64,000 nt of DNA from Candidatus Babeliales bacterium (GCA_963762115.1 CAVXJH010000005.1:1-64000), one strand, 5' to 3'. Numbered from the stretch's first letter, positions 29,879 to 39,806 are shown. Numbers and translations are program-made. The notes: generated from the sequence alone by a model not told the origin.

Positions 29879-30238
29879 ATGAAAAATAATGATGAAATAA
29901 ATTCTTTAGTATTGGCAGAAGAACGAACACTTCTTGCTTTAGAGCGCACCTTTTCTGCTTGATTAAGAACAGCACTTACCGCAATGGCAGGAGGGTTAGC
30001 AATTTTAAGACTAATCAGTTTTAAAAGTGATACCCATAGAATAATTGCGCATATTATTGGAGAAACACTTATTTTATGGGGCTGTTTAATACTATTTTTA
30101 TCATCAGTTGATTATAAAAATATGCGCAACAAATTAATTCTTGCAAAAAGTTATAAAAGCTCACAATTAGGATTTATCATTATTGTATTACCACTTTTGA
30201 TAATGTCAGCATTGCTTATTTGGGTCACGTTGCCATAA
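29879..30238 (+). pseudogene. DUF202/YidH-like membrane protein with internal TGA
   Basis: LAEERTLLALERTFSA*LRTAL; TGA at 29960-29962 falls at the usually conserved Trp. Confidence 0.75.
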
Positions 30239-30243
30239 ATAAT

Positions 30244-30855
30244 TTAATGAGTGTGTAAATCTTGTACTCCATAGCCAATTTTATTCAAAGCATAATTGGT
30301 GCCCAAATAACTGGCACCTGCAGCAGCAAGCGCACAAAGCACACGACCAACAGTATAAAAGCTAACATTCTCAAATTGAGAATCGTATTTATTTAATCGC
30401 GCATCAAGATATGGTACTGTGCCAAGTTTATGATTTTGATACATGATCATTGCAATTGCACATGCTATTGTTGGTAAAATAACTTTTTTATTTAAGGTTT
30501 CGCCTTTTGCCATTTTATTGCAACAAGCGGCTAAAATGCCCAACAAAAAGCCATCACCCAAAGCATTACCAATAATTTTATTACTTAAAAGTTTTTCTGC
30601 TTCTTGATAGGTTGCTAAGTTATTTTTTGCTTGATCTGACCAACTCAAATAATGATATGTTGCATGATAAGAGTGATCATGATAATTGTAACTTGTTAAT
30701 GGAATAACCGTTATCTGATCTAGATATTTTTCCAAAGCACCAAGCGCAGATGTATACTGTTCAATATGACGAAAAACATCTTTTTCTAAAAAAAATGCAT
30801 TCATAGCACCAAAATTTGCCAACAAAGCGCATAACAACAATTTTTTTACATTCAT
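30244..30855 (-). CDS. Hypothetical membrane protein
   Basis: Signal peptide plus several hydrophobic segments. Confidence 0.6.
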   Translation of the reverse strand: MNVKKLLLCALLANFGAMNAFFLEKDVFRHIEQYTSALGALEKYLDQITVIPLTSYNYHDHSYHATYHYLSWSDQAKNNLATYQEAEKLLSNKIIGNALGDGFLLGILAACCNKMAKGETLNKKVILPTIACAIAMIMYQNHKLGTVPYLDARLNKYDSQFENVSFYTVGRVLCALAAAGASYLGTNYALNKIGYGVQDLHTH

Positions 30856-30960
30856 TTGTAAATCTTTCTTAAAAAATAGCCTATAATTGAATTATATATC
30901 TTACAATTGAAAATTTCACCATAAAATTTTTAAGTATCAAACTTTACCCCTAGGATAAAA

Positions 30961-31986
30961 ATGATTCACAATGCACAAAAATTAAACATTCCCACAATTT
31001 TTTTAATTTTATTATTACCTTTATTATGTACTTGCTCTATTTATTCCATGGAGAAAGGTAAGGAAAAAGAAACAGAAAAGTCCAGCCTCTTAAGCAACAA
31101 GCAAGCTAAGCACTCAAGATATGTACCTCAACAAAGCACGGAATTAACGCCCTTTGAAGCACTTCCCGATGAAATAAAGGAATACATTGAAGACTTTTTA
31201 GAAGGGAATGATTTTGGACTTAACAACTTAGTGCAACATACACATTTTCACCCAAGTCCTTCAACCGCGCAACGCATAGAAGAAGCATTTGTATTCTATG
31301 CAATTAGAAAAGCTCAATCTGAATCTCATGATTTAAAACAAGATAACTTAAAAGATAAACTTAAATTGGGATCCTCTATAATACTTTTTTCTAACCATAG
31401 ATTAAAAAGTTTATTTTCCAATTATTTTGAAGATGTCAATCTATTAGATGAAGCTATACCATCTTATCATCTGAGTTTTCTTGACAAGTGCACAAATGCA
31501 ACAGCAAGCACTGATGAACTCAATGAAAAAGTAATAAAAATAGCCTCAAAAAAATTTTCCAATACTACTCTTGCTAGATGGCATAGTTTAAGTAATAACA
31601 TTAAAGAATCAACTGAATATTCTGAATTTGCAACCATGAGAAAACAAATCTTGAGCTACTTTGCTCAACGTGTTCAAGCTTATTCAAAAAAAACCCGCGG
31701 AGAGTGTAAAACCTGCAAGTTTTTGCCTGGCTATATTTTTTGTGCTTGTGGCGCAACCAATATAGCACTTGGCACTATGCTTGCAATGTTCTATACGTTA
31801 ATACCCGGAATCGTATATGCTACAGCCATAGGCGGTGGTTGCGTAGCTCTTGGTCATCCAGCACTATGCTGTGATACTCCTTGCAATAGCTATGATTATT
31901 CTGAACTTTTTGCCAGACAACCAAATAAAGAAAAAATAACAACATTAGTAAATCTAATCAATCGTTACAAGGATAAAATCAATTAA
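30961..31986 (+). CDS. Secreted protein with F-box-like motif and C-terminal hydrophobic Cys-rich segment
   Basis: FEALPDEIKEYIEDFL; two C-terminal hydrophobic helices. Confidence 0.6.
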   Translation: MIHNAQKLNIPTIFLILLLPLLCTCSIYSMEKGKEKETEKSSLLSNKQAKHSRYVPQQSTELTPFEALPDEIKEYIEDFLEGNDFGLNNLVQHTHFHPSPSTAQRIEEAFVFYAIRKAQSESHDLKQDNLKDKLKLGSSIILFSNHRLKSLFSNYFEDVNLLDEAIPSYHLSFLDKCTNATASTDELNEKVIKIASKKFSNTTLARWHSLSNNIKESTEYSEFATMRKQILSYFAQRVQAYSKKTRGECKTCKFLPGYIFCACGATNIALGTMLAMFYTLIPGIVYATAIGGGCVALGHPALCCDTPCNSYDYSELFARQPNKEKITTLVNLINRYKDKIN

Positions 31987-31997
31987 GAATAATGAGA

Positions 31998-32014
31998 TCG
32001 TGACATTTTGTCAC
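31998..32014. promoter_or_regulatory. Palindrome upstream of the Bro-N gene, identical to in-gene 32305-32321
   Basis: TCGTGACATTTTGTCAC at both positions. Confidence 0.7.
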
Positions 32015-32123
32015 AGACTGACATTAACGCCTCAAAAAATTTTACTCTTATTAAACTATTTGTTATTTTATTCTGAATGCTTATAAAAAATAAATTTGAT
32101 AAAATTTAACTTTTAGGACCTTT

Positions 32124-32963
32124 ATGCCAACAAATGAATTAACAAAAAATTACATTTTTGATGGTACACGAATTCGTAAAAAATTATTCAATAACGAATG
32201 GTATTTTTCAATTGCAGATATTTGTAACGTTCTTATCGAAAGTTCTGATCCTGGTGCTTATTGGAGAAAACTTAAACAAAGGTTAATTTCAGAAGGAAGT
32301 GAAGTCGTGACATTTTGTCACGGGTTGAAATTAATTGCACCTGATGGGAAGCAGAGAGAAACTGACTGCGCCAATACAGAAGGGATATTTCGCATAATTC
32401 AATCTATTCCATCACCAAAGGCTGAACCATTTAAACTTTGGTTAGCAAAAGTCGGCAAAGAACGTATTGATGAAATTGAGAATCCCGAACTTGGTATTGA
32501 AAGAGTTAAAAGTCTTTATGAGAAAAAAGGCTATAAAAAAGATTGGATTGGAAAAAGATTGCGCGGCATAGCTGTTCGTCAACAACTTACTGATGAATGG
32601 TCTGATAGAGGAGCCGAAAAATCAATTGATTATGCAATATTAACAAATGACATTATGCAAGGTGCATTTAACTTAAAAGTTGATGATTATAAAAAACTTA
32701 AAGGAGTTGAAAAAGGTAATCTTCGTGATCATATGACTGATTTAGAACTTATAATAACTATGCTAGGCGAAGCAACAACAACGCAAATTACTCAACAAAA
32801 AGATTCTACTGGAATGCCAAGATTAAGAAATGATGCAAAAGTTGGTGGTGCCCTTGCTGGAAGAACTCGAAAAGATATTGAGCAACAAATTGGTAGTTCT
32901 GTAATTACAAAAGAAAATTTCTTGCCGAACAAAAAAAATAAAAAAAGCATTGAAAATATTTAA
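32124..32963 (+). CDS. Bro-N domain DNA-binding protein
   Basis: WYFSIADI, YWRKLKQRL, APDGKQRETDCA, IIQSIPSPKAEPFKLWLA, NLRDHM. Confidence 0.9.
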   Translation: MPTNELTKNYIFDGTRIRKKLFNNEWYFSIADICNVLIESSDPGAYWRKLKQRLISEGSEVVTFCHGLKLIAPDGKQRETDCANTEGIFRIIQSIPSPKAEPFKLWLAKVGKERIDEIENPELGIERVKSLYEKKGYKKDWIGKRLRGIAVRQQLTDEWSDRGAEKSIDYAILTNDIMQGAFNLKVDDYKKLKGVEKGNLRDHMTDLELIITMLGEATTTQITQQKDSTGMPRLRNDAKVGGALAGRTRKDIEQQIGSSVITKENFLPNKKNKKSIENI

Positions 32964-33391
32964 TCATAATGAATTTTTGCACTTCTCATTTTTTTAATTT
33001 CACCACGATGCGTCTTTTTGCGTAAGCGTGCTTCTTTAGTCGATTTTGAAACTTTTGTTTTCATACGCTTTTTGGGCACATGCAATGCTTTTCTAATTTC
33101 TTGTGCAAGTTGATCAAGTGCCATCTTTTTGTTTTGTTGCTGACTTCGTGATGCACTATTATGCACCAAAAAATCGCCTTCGCTCGTAACTTTGGAAGCA
33201 AGATTTTGTAACACACGTTGCTTTTGCTCGTCACTCAAAGCTGCTGTTGTGTTAATATTCCAACGCACGGTAATGCGTGTATCAGTTTTGTTGACATGTT
33301 GCCCACCAGGACCGCCTGCACGACTTGTGGTGATTTCTAATTCTGCTTCTGGAATTACAATACCATTTTTAACGGCTACATCATTTTTCAT
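32960..33391 (-). CDS. arfB: Alternative ribosome-rescue peptidyl-tRNA hydrolase ArfB
   Basis: SRAGGPGGQHVNKT, RSQQQNK, basic C-terminal tail. Confidence 0.93.
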   Translation of the reverse strand: MKNDVAVKNGIVIPEAELEITTSRAGGPGGQHVNKTDTRITVRWNINTTAALSDEQKQRVLQNLASKVTSEGDFLVHNSASRSQQQNKKMALDQLAQEIRKALHVPKKRMKTKVSKSTKEARLRKKTHRGEIKKMRSAKIHYD

Positions 33392-33638
33392 AAAATCCTC
33401 ATTACTACTATAATTCTTGCATTGTGCATTTTACAAGTCTTTTGCACCAAAAAAATTGTGGCATCTTTCCAACAATCAAATTCATGTAAGTATCTTTTGC
33501 CACAATGAAAACGTTAGACTTTTACATTTTATACTTAATCTTATAAGAAATTCTACTTCATCAATTCTCTTGACTACTCGATTTAAAATTTTTTAATTTT
33601 CTAACACCATAGTAAGATATAAGAAAAGGTAAAAAAAT

Positions 33639-35114
33639 ATGAAAAAATTTTTAATAATAATACTTCTTCTTTATACAAGTAGAATACTATTAGCTACAGA
33701 GCTTGCAAAAGAATTGGTTACATTAGAATCAACGCTTAATGCACTGAATAAAGCTTTATCTGTTTCAAAAAAAACACCTAGCATTGTTCCTGGATCTAAA
33801 GTTGTTCCTGAATTTGTAACGTTAGTAAGAAATTCAGAGCATTTTGATAAAAAAGCAGTTAAAAAAGGTAAAAAATCACTCTTTCCTACCCGCGAAAATC
33901 GAATTGCAGTAATTGCTGCAAATGATACCACTAAACAAGCTGAAATTGTTGAGCAAGCAAGAACTACCTATCCTTTGTTGCACCCAAAAACTTTACTACT
34001 TATTCAGGGTTTTTTAGAAAACAAAAAAAAATATGGAAGTAATCTGGAAAAAGCTTTATATAAAACTATGAATGAAAAATCTTTTATTAATCGATTACTT
34101 ATCAAACGTCCATTAATGTTTATGACAGAATCAGATTCGTATCTTTTAAGGGATGGTTATACGCAAGGTGCTGGTGGATTTGAAGCAATTGGAACTAATC
34201 AAGAACAGCCACCATTAATTCTTGCTGACTATCTTTCTTATGATGAAATGCAAATTGCTACACTATTAGGCGTATCGGTGCCAACCTATTTTATTAACGA
34301 TGGCAATCGAAATAATAAAAGCATAAAAGGGGCGCCAGGAACTTATGAAGAAAAAGGTATTTATGTTGCATTGGTTGGGGCTCGTTTTGAAAGACCTGGA
34401 CTCATGGAATGGCAACATATGATTATAACCCCGGAACAAAACACTACACAACATGGTTATGGCATTGGTAATACATCTAACCCAGCTATTTCTTTATGGT
34501 CAAAAGTGTATGGTCTTCCTTTTCCAACGTATCAGGAAGCAGCACAAAATACTTCGGGAAGATATATTCCTTTTGATGGTGGTCAAAAATATTTTGATAG
34601 TTCCGTATATAAAGAACGTTTAAAGTTAGTTCTTGAGCCATTTTTACTTGATGCTCATAAACGAGCTATGCTCCAAGGAAAAAGATCCTATGTTCAAGTT
34701 GTTGGAATTGGTCTTGGCGTGTGGAGAAAAATTGATGAACAGTGGCAGTTGATGCTTGATACTTATGCTGAAATAATAAAAAAACATGATTTATCGCATA
34801 TTGCAGATATAAATTTCATTTGGTTTCCTGAATATGCAAATAGCTGCGGAGGCGTGAAAAATGGTGGCATATTCAAAACAAATACTAATGCAATTACTAT
34901 ACATTTCTCTACAAGGAATCCTACAGAAATGTTAAAAGGAAAAGATGCTGGTAAATTATTAGTAGCTTGCTATGCATGGGATGGAAATTCTTATCCGGGT
35001 AATGAATATTGGATTGGTTCGCTTACTGCTTCCGGGGACCCCGCTGCTGCATGCTGCTCGACCATTGCCGAATTGCAAAATCCAGAAATAAATAAGTTAT
35101 TTTTAGTAAAATAA
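33639..35114 (+). CDS. DUF4804 / MavL-like macrodomain-related protein with signal peptide
   Basis: KRPLMF, DYLSYDEM, VGARFE, GIGLGVW, YAWDGNSYPGNEYW.GSL.ASGDPAAACCS. Confidence 0.75.
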   Translation: MKKFLIIILLLYTSRILLATELAKELVTLESTLNALNKALSVSKKTPSIVPGSKVVPEFVTLVRNSEHFDKKAVKKGKKSLFPTRENRIAVIAANDTTKQAEIVEQARTTYPLLHPKTLLLIQGFLENKKKYGSNLEKALYKTMNEKSFINRLLIKRPLMFMTESDSYLLRDGYTQGAGGFEAIGTNQEQPPLILADYLSYDEMQIATLLGVSVPTYFINDGNRNNKSIKGAPGTYEEKGIYVALVGARFERPGLMEWQHMIITPEQNTTQHGYGIGNTSNPAISLWSKVYGLPFPTYQEAAQNTSGRYIPFDGGQKYFDSSVYKERLKLVLEPFLLDAHKRAMLQGKRSYVQVVGIGLGVWRKIDEQWQLMLDTYAEIIKKHDLSHIADINFIWFPEYANSCGGVKNGGIFKTNTNAITIHFSTRNPTEMLKGKDAGKLLVACYAWDGNSYPGNEYWIGSLTASGDPAAACCSTIAELQNPEINKLFLVK

Positions 35115-35134
35115 CTTATTTATCCTGATAAAAT

Positions 35135-36208
35135 TTAATTGTTGATGCCAAAAAAATTGTGGCATCGTTCTAATAATCGATCAAATTCATGCTGATTGGC
35201 ATCTTCAGAATCTTGTCCTCGAATAAAGGTAATACCCAAAATACCTTCTTCCTTTGGTGCATAATAAATAAGCTCATCACGCGCTTTGCCTTGGGCATTC
35301 ACCATGACCACTTTTACATTAATCATATACTGCACATTTTCTAAAGACGGTTGATTTTTAAGACTAATAAGATGACCCTGCACTGGAATAATACGTTTAT
35401 CATCAGTTAATTGCTTTGCACCCATACCAGCACAATTAAATAGTATAAAATCATTACTATCATCAAAGGAGTGTACTTCTTTTTGCACAATAACAATGCC
35501 AAGTTCACGAATATTTCGATGCAATTCTTGCATAATTTTTGCCGTATTAATAAAAATTGTTTTATACGCCATAACCTCATGCGACTTGCCATTACCAAAA
35601 TCAATCATAACTCTTTCAGGTGTTTCCATAAGCCCCTGTTCAATATAAGGATTAAAACCGGGGTCAATATCTAACCCAAAATAAGCCGGCAGTATTTTAG
35701 GCCCTTCTTGAATAAACGGATGTTCTCCCCGAGAAATACTGCAATATGTTTGATATGATTCCATGCCCATGGCATTAAATAAAAAACGTTCTTGCGCAGA
35801 AGAACATTTACGTGAACGCGGGAAAAAAAACCCCGCTGCTTTTGTTGAAGGAATATTTCCCGTCTCCTTAGCAACAATTGAAACAGTATAGCCCTTACGC
35901 TTAAGCATAATAGCCGTTAAGAGGCCATAACATCCTGCTCCAATGACACAGATCGACTTGTTTTTTAATTCATTATCATGTGCCAACATCTGCTCAAATT
36001 GGCGTATTGATTCATGAACACACCCAAAAAGAAAAGTCCACCCTGCACCACCATGCCCATAATTATGGAAAACAAGCTTTTCTCCACGTATTTGAGAATA
36101 TACCTGAAAAATCCGCTCACGATGAGCTCGAATACAGGTTATTCTTTCTTTGATATGTTCAGAAGAAATTGAAGGTGGCGTAAGGTGTATGATTTTTTGT
36201 TTATTCAA
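35135..36208 (-). CDS. FAD-dependent D-amino-acid-oxidase-like protein
   Basis: HNYGHGGAGW, VIGAGCYGL, NCAGMGAK, PVQGHL. Confidence 0.85.
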   Translation of the reverse strand: MNKQKIIHLTPPSISSEHIKERITCIRAHRERIFQVYSQIRGEKLVFHNYGHGGAGWTFLFGCVHESIRQFEQMLAHDNELKNKSICVIGAGCYGLLTAIMLKRKGYTVSIVAKETGNIPSTKAAGFFFPRSRKCSSAQERFLFNAMGMESYQTYCSISRGEHPFIQEGPKILPAYFGLDIDPGFNPYIEQGLMETPERVMIDFGNGKSHEVMAYKTIFINTAKIMQELHRNIRELGIVIVQKEVHSFDDSNDFILFNCAGMGAKQLTDDKRIIPVQGHLISLKNQPSLENVQYMINVKVVMVNAQGKARDELIYYAPKEEGILGITFIRGQDSEDANQHEFDRLLERCHNFFGINN

Positions 36209-36429
36209 GTGATACTAATCGAGTTAAAGGGAAAATATATAATAAAAGCTAGAAGTATACGGTGAGTATACACAAAAACAGGTATTTTTGATAATTTCTA
36301 TATGAAACAAATCAACCATTAGACAAAACTAAAAGTTACTATAAACTGATTCTTAGGTGAGGTTATATCTTTTGATATAATTTCTTGTTTTATATCTATT
36401 CATATTCATTAAAAAAATGAGGTTTTTTT

Positions 36430-36813
36430 ATGCATATTTTAGCAATCGCTATCGCTACTATTTCTTCTTTTGTTCTTGGGGCTCTTTGGTATTGCCCTTT
36501 ATTTGGTAAAATCTGGCAAAAAGCTGTTGGCATTTCAGATGAACAGATAAAAGCTTTAGGCAATGTGCCTTATGCAATCGCTCTTGCTTGCTCCTTCCTT
36601 GGCGCAATGGGCTTTAATTATTTAGTAATGAATTCAGTTTCATTAGAAAATAATATATTTGTAGGCTTGATGGTTGGCATCTTGGTGGCAACATCAATGT
36701 GCATTAACTATCAATTCTCTGGCCGCGATAATAAGGGTTTCTTGATTGATGCAGGATTCCATATTGCTCGCTTTGTTCTTTGCGCATTAGTTTTCTGGTT
36801 TATTAAAAACTAA
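36430..36813 (+). CDS. DUF1761 membrane protein
   Basis: LGALWY..LFGK.W; four TM segments; FLIDAGF. Confidence 0.8.
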   Translation: MHILAIAIATISSFVLGALWYCPLFGKIWQKAVGISDEQIKALGNVPYAIALACSFLGAMGFNYLVMNSVSLENNIFVGLMVGILVATSMCINYQFSGRDNKGFLIDAGFHIARFVLCALVFWFIKN

Positions 36814-36823
36814 AAAATTAACC

Positions 36824-36878
36824 AAAAAGAGACGGCTCTTCAGGACTCATTGAGTTCCGAAGGGCCTTCTCTTTTTTT
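36824..36878. terminator. Intrinsic terminator
   Basis: AAAAAGAGA..GGCTCTTC...GAAGGGCC..TCTCTTTTTT. Confidence 0.6.
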
Positions 36879-37249
36879 AAGCCAATTCACTAAATAAATA
36901 CATAAACTTAATCTCATTCTTAGATGGCCTCATGTCGGCCAGACATGAATATATTGCATGCCCAATATATTCAATACAAGGGCACCAACGTTCCGTTGGA
37001 TCTTTTTTCCCGCGCGAATATGCACCACTCCATTGTTGATGCCTTCAGCATCAAAATTCCAGGTGCACGTCGCACTACCAGACTAACTTATTTATAAATT
37101 TTTCTTACTTCAAGACGATAATCAGAACAACATTCAAAAAAAAATGTCATTCCTAACCTACGAACTTCGAAGAATCAAAAATAGCAGAGGCCTGTCCGCC
37201 ATAGTGATTGTGTTAAAAGTCAAATATTTTTTAATAAAGCTAAACAATA

Positions 37250-38191
37250 TTAAGCTTTACATAATTCACCTTTTTTTAGTAAAGAATTAGCAATCACAAT
37301 AAGTTTATGCATAATAGCTACGATAGCTATTTTAAAAGGTTTTTTAGAAGTTATTAAACGATCGTAAAGTTCCTTTAATGGGAGATGATATTTAATAGTT
37401 GTTAATGCACACATATAAAGCATATTTCTTGGAATAGTTCTTCCACCTCTGATGAATTTTTTACCCTTATAACTTCCACTTTCATTCTCATAAGGACAAA
37501 CACCAATGAGTGCTGATACTTTTTTATTACTTATTTGACCAAGTTCAGGAACGAATGATAATAATGTTGCAGCTGAAGTTTTGCCTATTCCTGGAATTGA
37601 CTCCAAAATTTTTGATTTTGTATTTAATTTTTCATCTTGCTGAATTAAATCTTGTATCTTTAAATCAATTGATTTGATTTCGCACTCTAAGATTTTGATA
37701 AATTTCTTTATACTTGATGCATATAATGCATGAGATGGATGTTTAGATCTTGTTTTTTCGGCAACTAAAAATTTTACCAAGTCATTTTTACGATTGACCA
37801 AAGCTTGTAATTTTTCTTGATTTTCGCTTTTGTTCATTATCTCATAATCAGGAGAATTTTTAGAAGCAAATTCAGCAATTTTTCGAGCATCAATTTTATC
37901 CGTTTTGCTTTTGCAGCCACTAGCAACAATATAGCCTTTTATTCTTCTTGGATCGATGATCCAAAGATAATAACAATTTTTTTTTAATATTCGAGCAAGT
38001 AATTTTTCATACCCACCAGTTGCTTCGCATGCAATTTGTTCGATATCATATTTAACTAATTCTTTAATGATCTCCGTTATTCCAACTTCTGAGTTTGATA
38101 CTTTTAAAGATTTTCCTATTGGATGGATATAAACATCTAAAGTGTTTTTTGAAATATCGACACCTATAAATACTTTTGATATATTTTTCAT
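37250..38191 (-). CDS. IS110 DEDD recombinase/transposase
   Basis: GVDISK, CEATGGY, KTDKIDA, SIPGIG, ESG. Confidence 0.95.
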   Translation of the reverse strand: MKNISKVFIGVDISKNTLDVYIHPIGKSLKVSNSEVGITEIIKELVKYDIEQIACEATGGYEKLLARILKKNCYYLWIIDPRRIKGYIVASGCKSKTDKIDARKIAEFASKNSPDYEIMNKSENQEKLQALVNRKNDLVKFLVAEKTRSKHPSHALYASSIKKFIKILECEIKSIDLKIQDLIQQDEKLNTKSKILESIPGIGKTSAATLLSFVPELGQISNKKVSALIGVCPYENESGSYKGKKFIRGGRTIPRNMLYMCALTTIKYHLPLKELYDRLITSKKPFKIAIVAIMHKLIVIANSLLKKGELCKA

Positions 38192-38194
38192 AAA

Positions 38195-38340
38195 TACCTC
38201 TGGCTTGTAGACATGCGAGATCGTATGTACTTGATACGTCTCTAGTGATTGTTCGAGGTCATTTTTGTATAAGCTGATAGTCTCAAACTATGACACGGTC
38301 CTTTGAGACCAAGCTTGACACGAGATCTATCAGCTTCTCA
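38195..38340 (-). ncRNA. Predicted IS110 bridge RNA (target- and donor-binding loops)
   Basis: Stem AGCTGATAG/CTATCAGCT enclosing guides TGTCAAGCT and GTCATAG; second loop with ACAATCACT and TACAAG; exact ends uncertain. Confidence 0.75.
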
Positions 38341-38558
38341 AACAATTAATTTCAAAACAACTGATCATAAATTAACAAAATTTAGCTTTAAAATCATTTT
38401 GATTTAACATACAAGCTTGCCAAGCCTGAAGGCGTGGATAAGCGAAGGGAAATGCTTGGCCTGCATAAGGCCGTTTTATAACAAACAAAATATCTTGTTG
38501 AAAAATACAAAATATATAATAATAAAAAATAAATAGTATTTATAACAAGTGAGAATCT

Positions 38559-38903
38559 ATGCAAATTGTTAAAGAAAAAATTACCCTTGAAGAACTAAAA
38601 AAAATGTCAGAGGAAATGTTTGGCAATTTGGTTAAAGCTGTTGTTGATATTGAACAAAAAATTATGGTTGTTGATGCTGACATGCATGCTGATGAAGAAG
38701 AGCTTTTATTAGAATTGGGATCAGAACAAAAAAACCTTTGGGGAATCAACATTCATCCTGATGAAGTTGATACTGAAAACTGGATAGAATTTGACTCAAT
38801 GATCAACATTCGTCCACGCTGTGACAACAAAAGCCGCTATGTACACAATCCAAAAATTAGAGAACAAATAATAAAAATTGTTAATCAATTGGTTAAAAAA
38901 TGA
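38559..38903 (+). CDS. DUF5674-like protein
   Basis: VKAVVDI, MHADEE, GS.QKNLWGINI, IEFDSMINIRP. Confidence 0.75.
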   Translation: MQIVKEKITLEELKKMSEEMFGNLVKAVVDIEQKIMVVDADMHADEEELLLELGSEQKNLWGINIHPDEVDTENWIEFDSMINIRPRCDNKSRYVHNPKIREQIIKIVNQLVKK

Positions 38904-39238
38904 AAATTCATCATACATCACTTACCATTGAACGCTGGTCAAGATTTTCACTCCTTGAACAATTAGCTAATGTTGGTAGTGATGTTGAACGCACAATCCA
39001 ATGGAAAAAAAGAGGCAATTTAGAATATAGTCAAAATGCATTTGAACGCGTATTAGAACTTTTAGACTTTACCATTGAAGACCCAAAAAATAAAAAAAGG
39101 CTCAGAGAAATCTTGCGTGTTCGCGAAGCATTGATAGATTATTTTATGTATAGCAATGAATATTCTTCCACCGACAAATCTTGGCAAGACTATTTTTATC
39201 AATTTAATTATGCTGCAGCAATGCAAAAAGGAAAATAA
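38900..39238 (+). CDS. Conserved hypothetical helical protein coupled to the upstream gene
   Basis: EQLANVGSDVER, ELLDFTIEDP, EILRVRE; ATGA overlap. Confidence 0.7.
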   Translation: MKIHHTSLTIERWSRFSLLEQLANVGSDVERTIQWKKRGNLEYSQNAFERVLELLDFTIEDPKNKKRLREILRVREALIDYFMYSNEYSSTDKSWQDYFYQFNYAAAMQKGK

Positions 39239-39242
39239 GAAA

Positions 39243-39806
39243 ATGAATATAATGAAGTTTTATGCAACGCTATTATTTTTAATAGTTATGCCAGCTTTTG
39301 GCATGGAAAAACAAAAATCTTTACCTGAATTTATAAGCATTGATTGGGGAGACTCACGATCAGACCCCCTGTATGAATCACCGGGACAATTAATTGAACA
39401 TCACATTCAACACCCTACATTTATACGCAATCAATTAGAAAAATATCCCCCGCAACAACTTTTAAAATTCCGATACTTTCACCACAATAATCTCTTTCAT
39501 ATTCTTGTTAAAACATTAACACAACAAAAAGATTCTCCTGAAAATTTTGGTCAGCTCATTGGCGAATATAAACCCGTATTTGAATATCTTGTAAAAACAG
39601 GCCTGGATATTAACGAAGTAAATGATGATCATAGAACCCCTTTTATTCTCCTGGTTAAAGCTCAAGATAAAAGATTAAGGCCATTAGAAAATTTCCTAAC
39701 TGATGAACTTGGAGCACATTTAACCTATGCTTCTATCGCTCCTGAATTAAGGTTTTTTTGGAATATTATAACCTGCAATTCTTGTAGAAAGCCAAAATAC
39801 TCTTGA
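39243..39806 (+). CDS. Secreted protein with degenerate ankyrin-like segment
   Basis: Signal peptide followed by ME; GLDINEVNDDHRTPF. Confidence 0.6.
   Translation: MNIMKFYATLLFLIVMPAFGMEKQKSLPEFISIDWGDSRSDPLYESPGQLIEHHIQHPTFIRNQLEKYPPQQLLKFRYFHHNNLFHILVKTLTQQKDSPENFGQLIGEYKPVFEYLVKTGLDINEVNDDHRTPFILLVKAQDKRLRPLENFLTDELGAHLTYASIAPELRFFWNIITCNSCRKPKYS

Larger units (their letters stand above)
37203..38415 (-). mobile_element. IS110-family element bounded by CT cores
   Basis: Minus strand ...GGCAAG CT TGTATG...ACAATCA CT ATGGCG...; ends match guide segments in the upstream non-coding region. Confidence 0.88.

Noticed and set aside
29960..29962. Alternative genetic code (UGA as Trp or Gly)
   Set aside because: TGA terminates well-supported genes and conserved Trp residues use TGG
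36900..37140. Possible ncRNA or degraded gene next to the IS110
   Set aside because: Only short hairpins and a short interrupted frame; no recognisable motif
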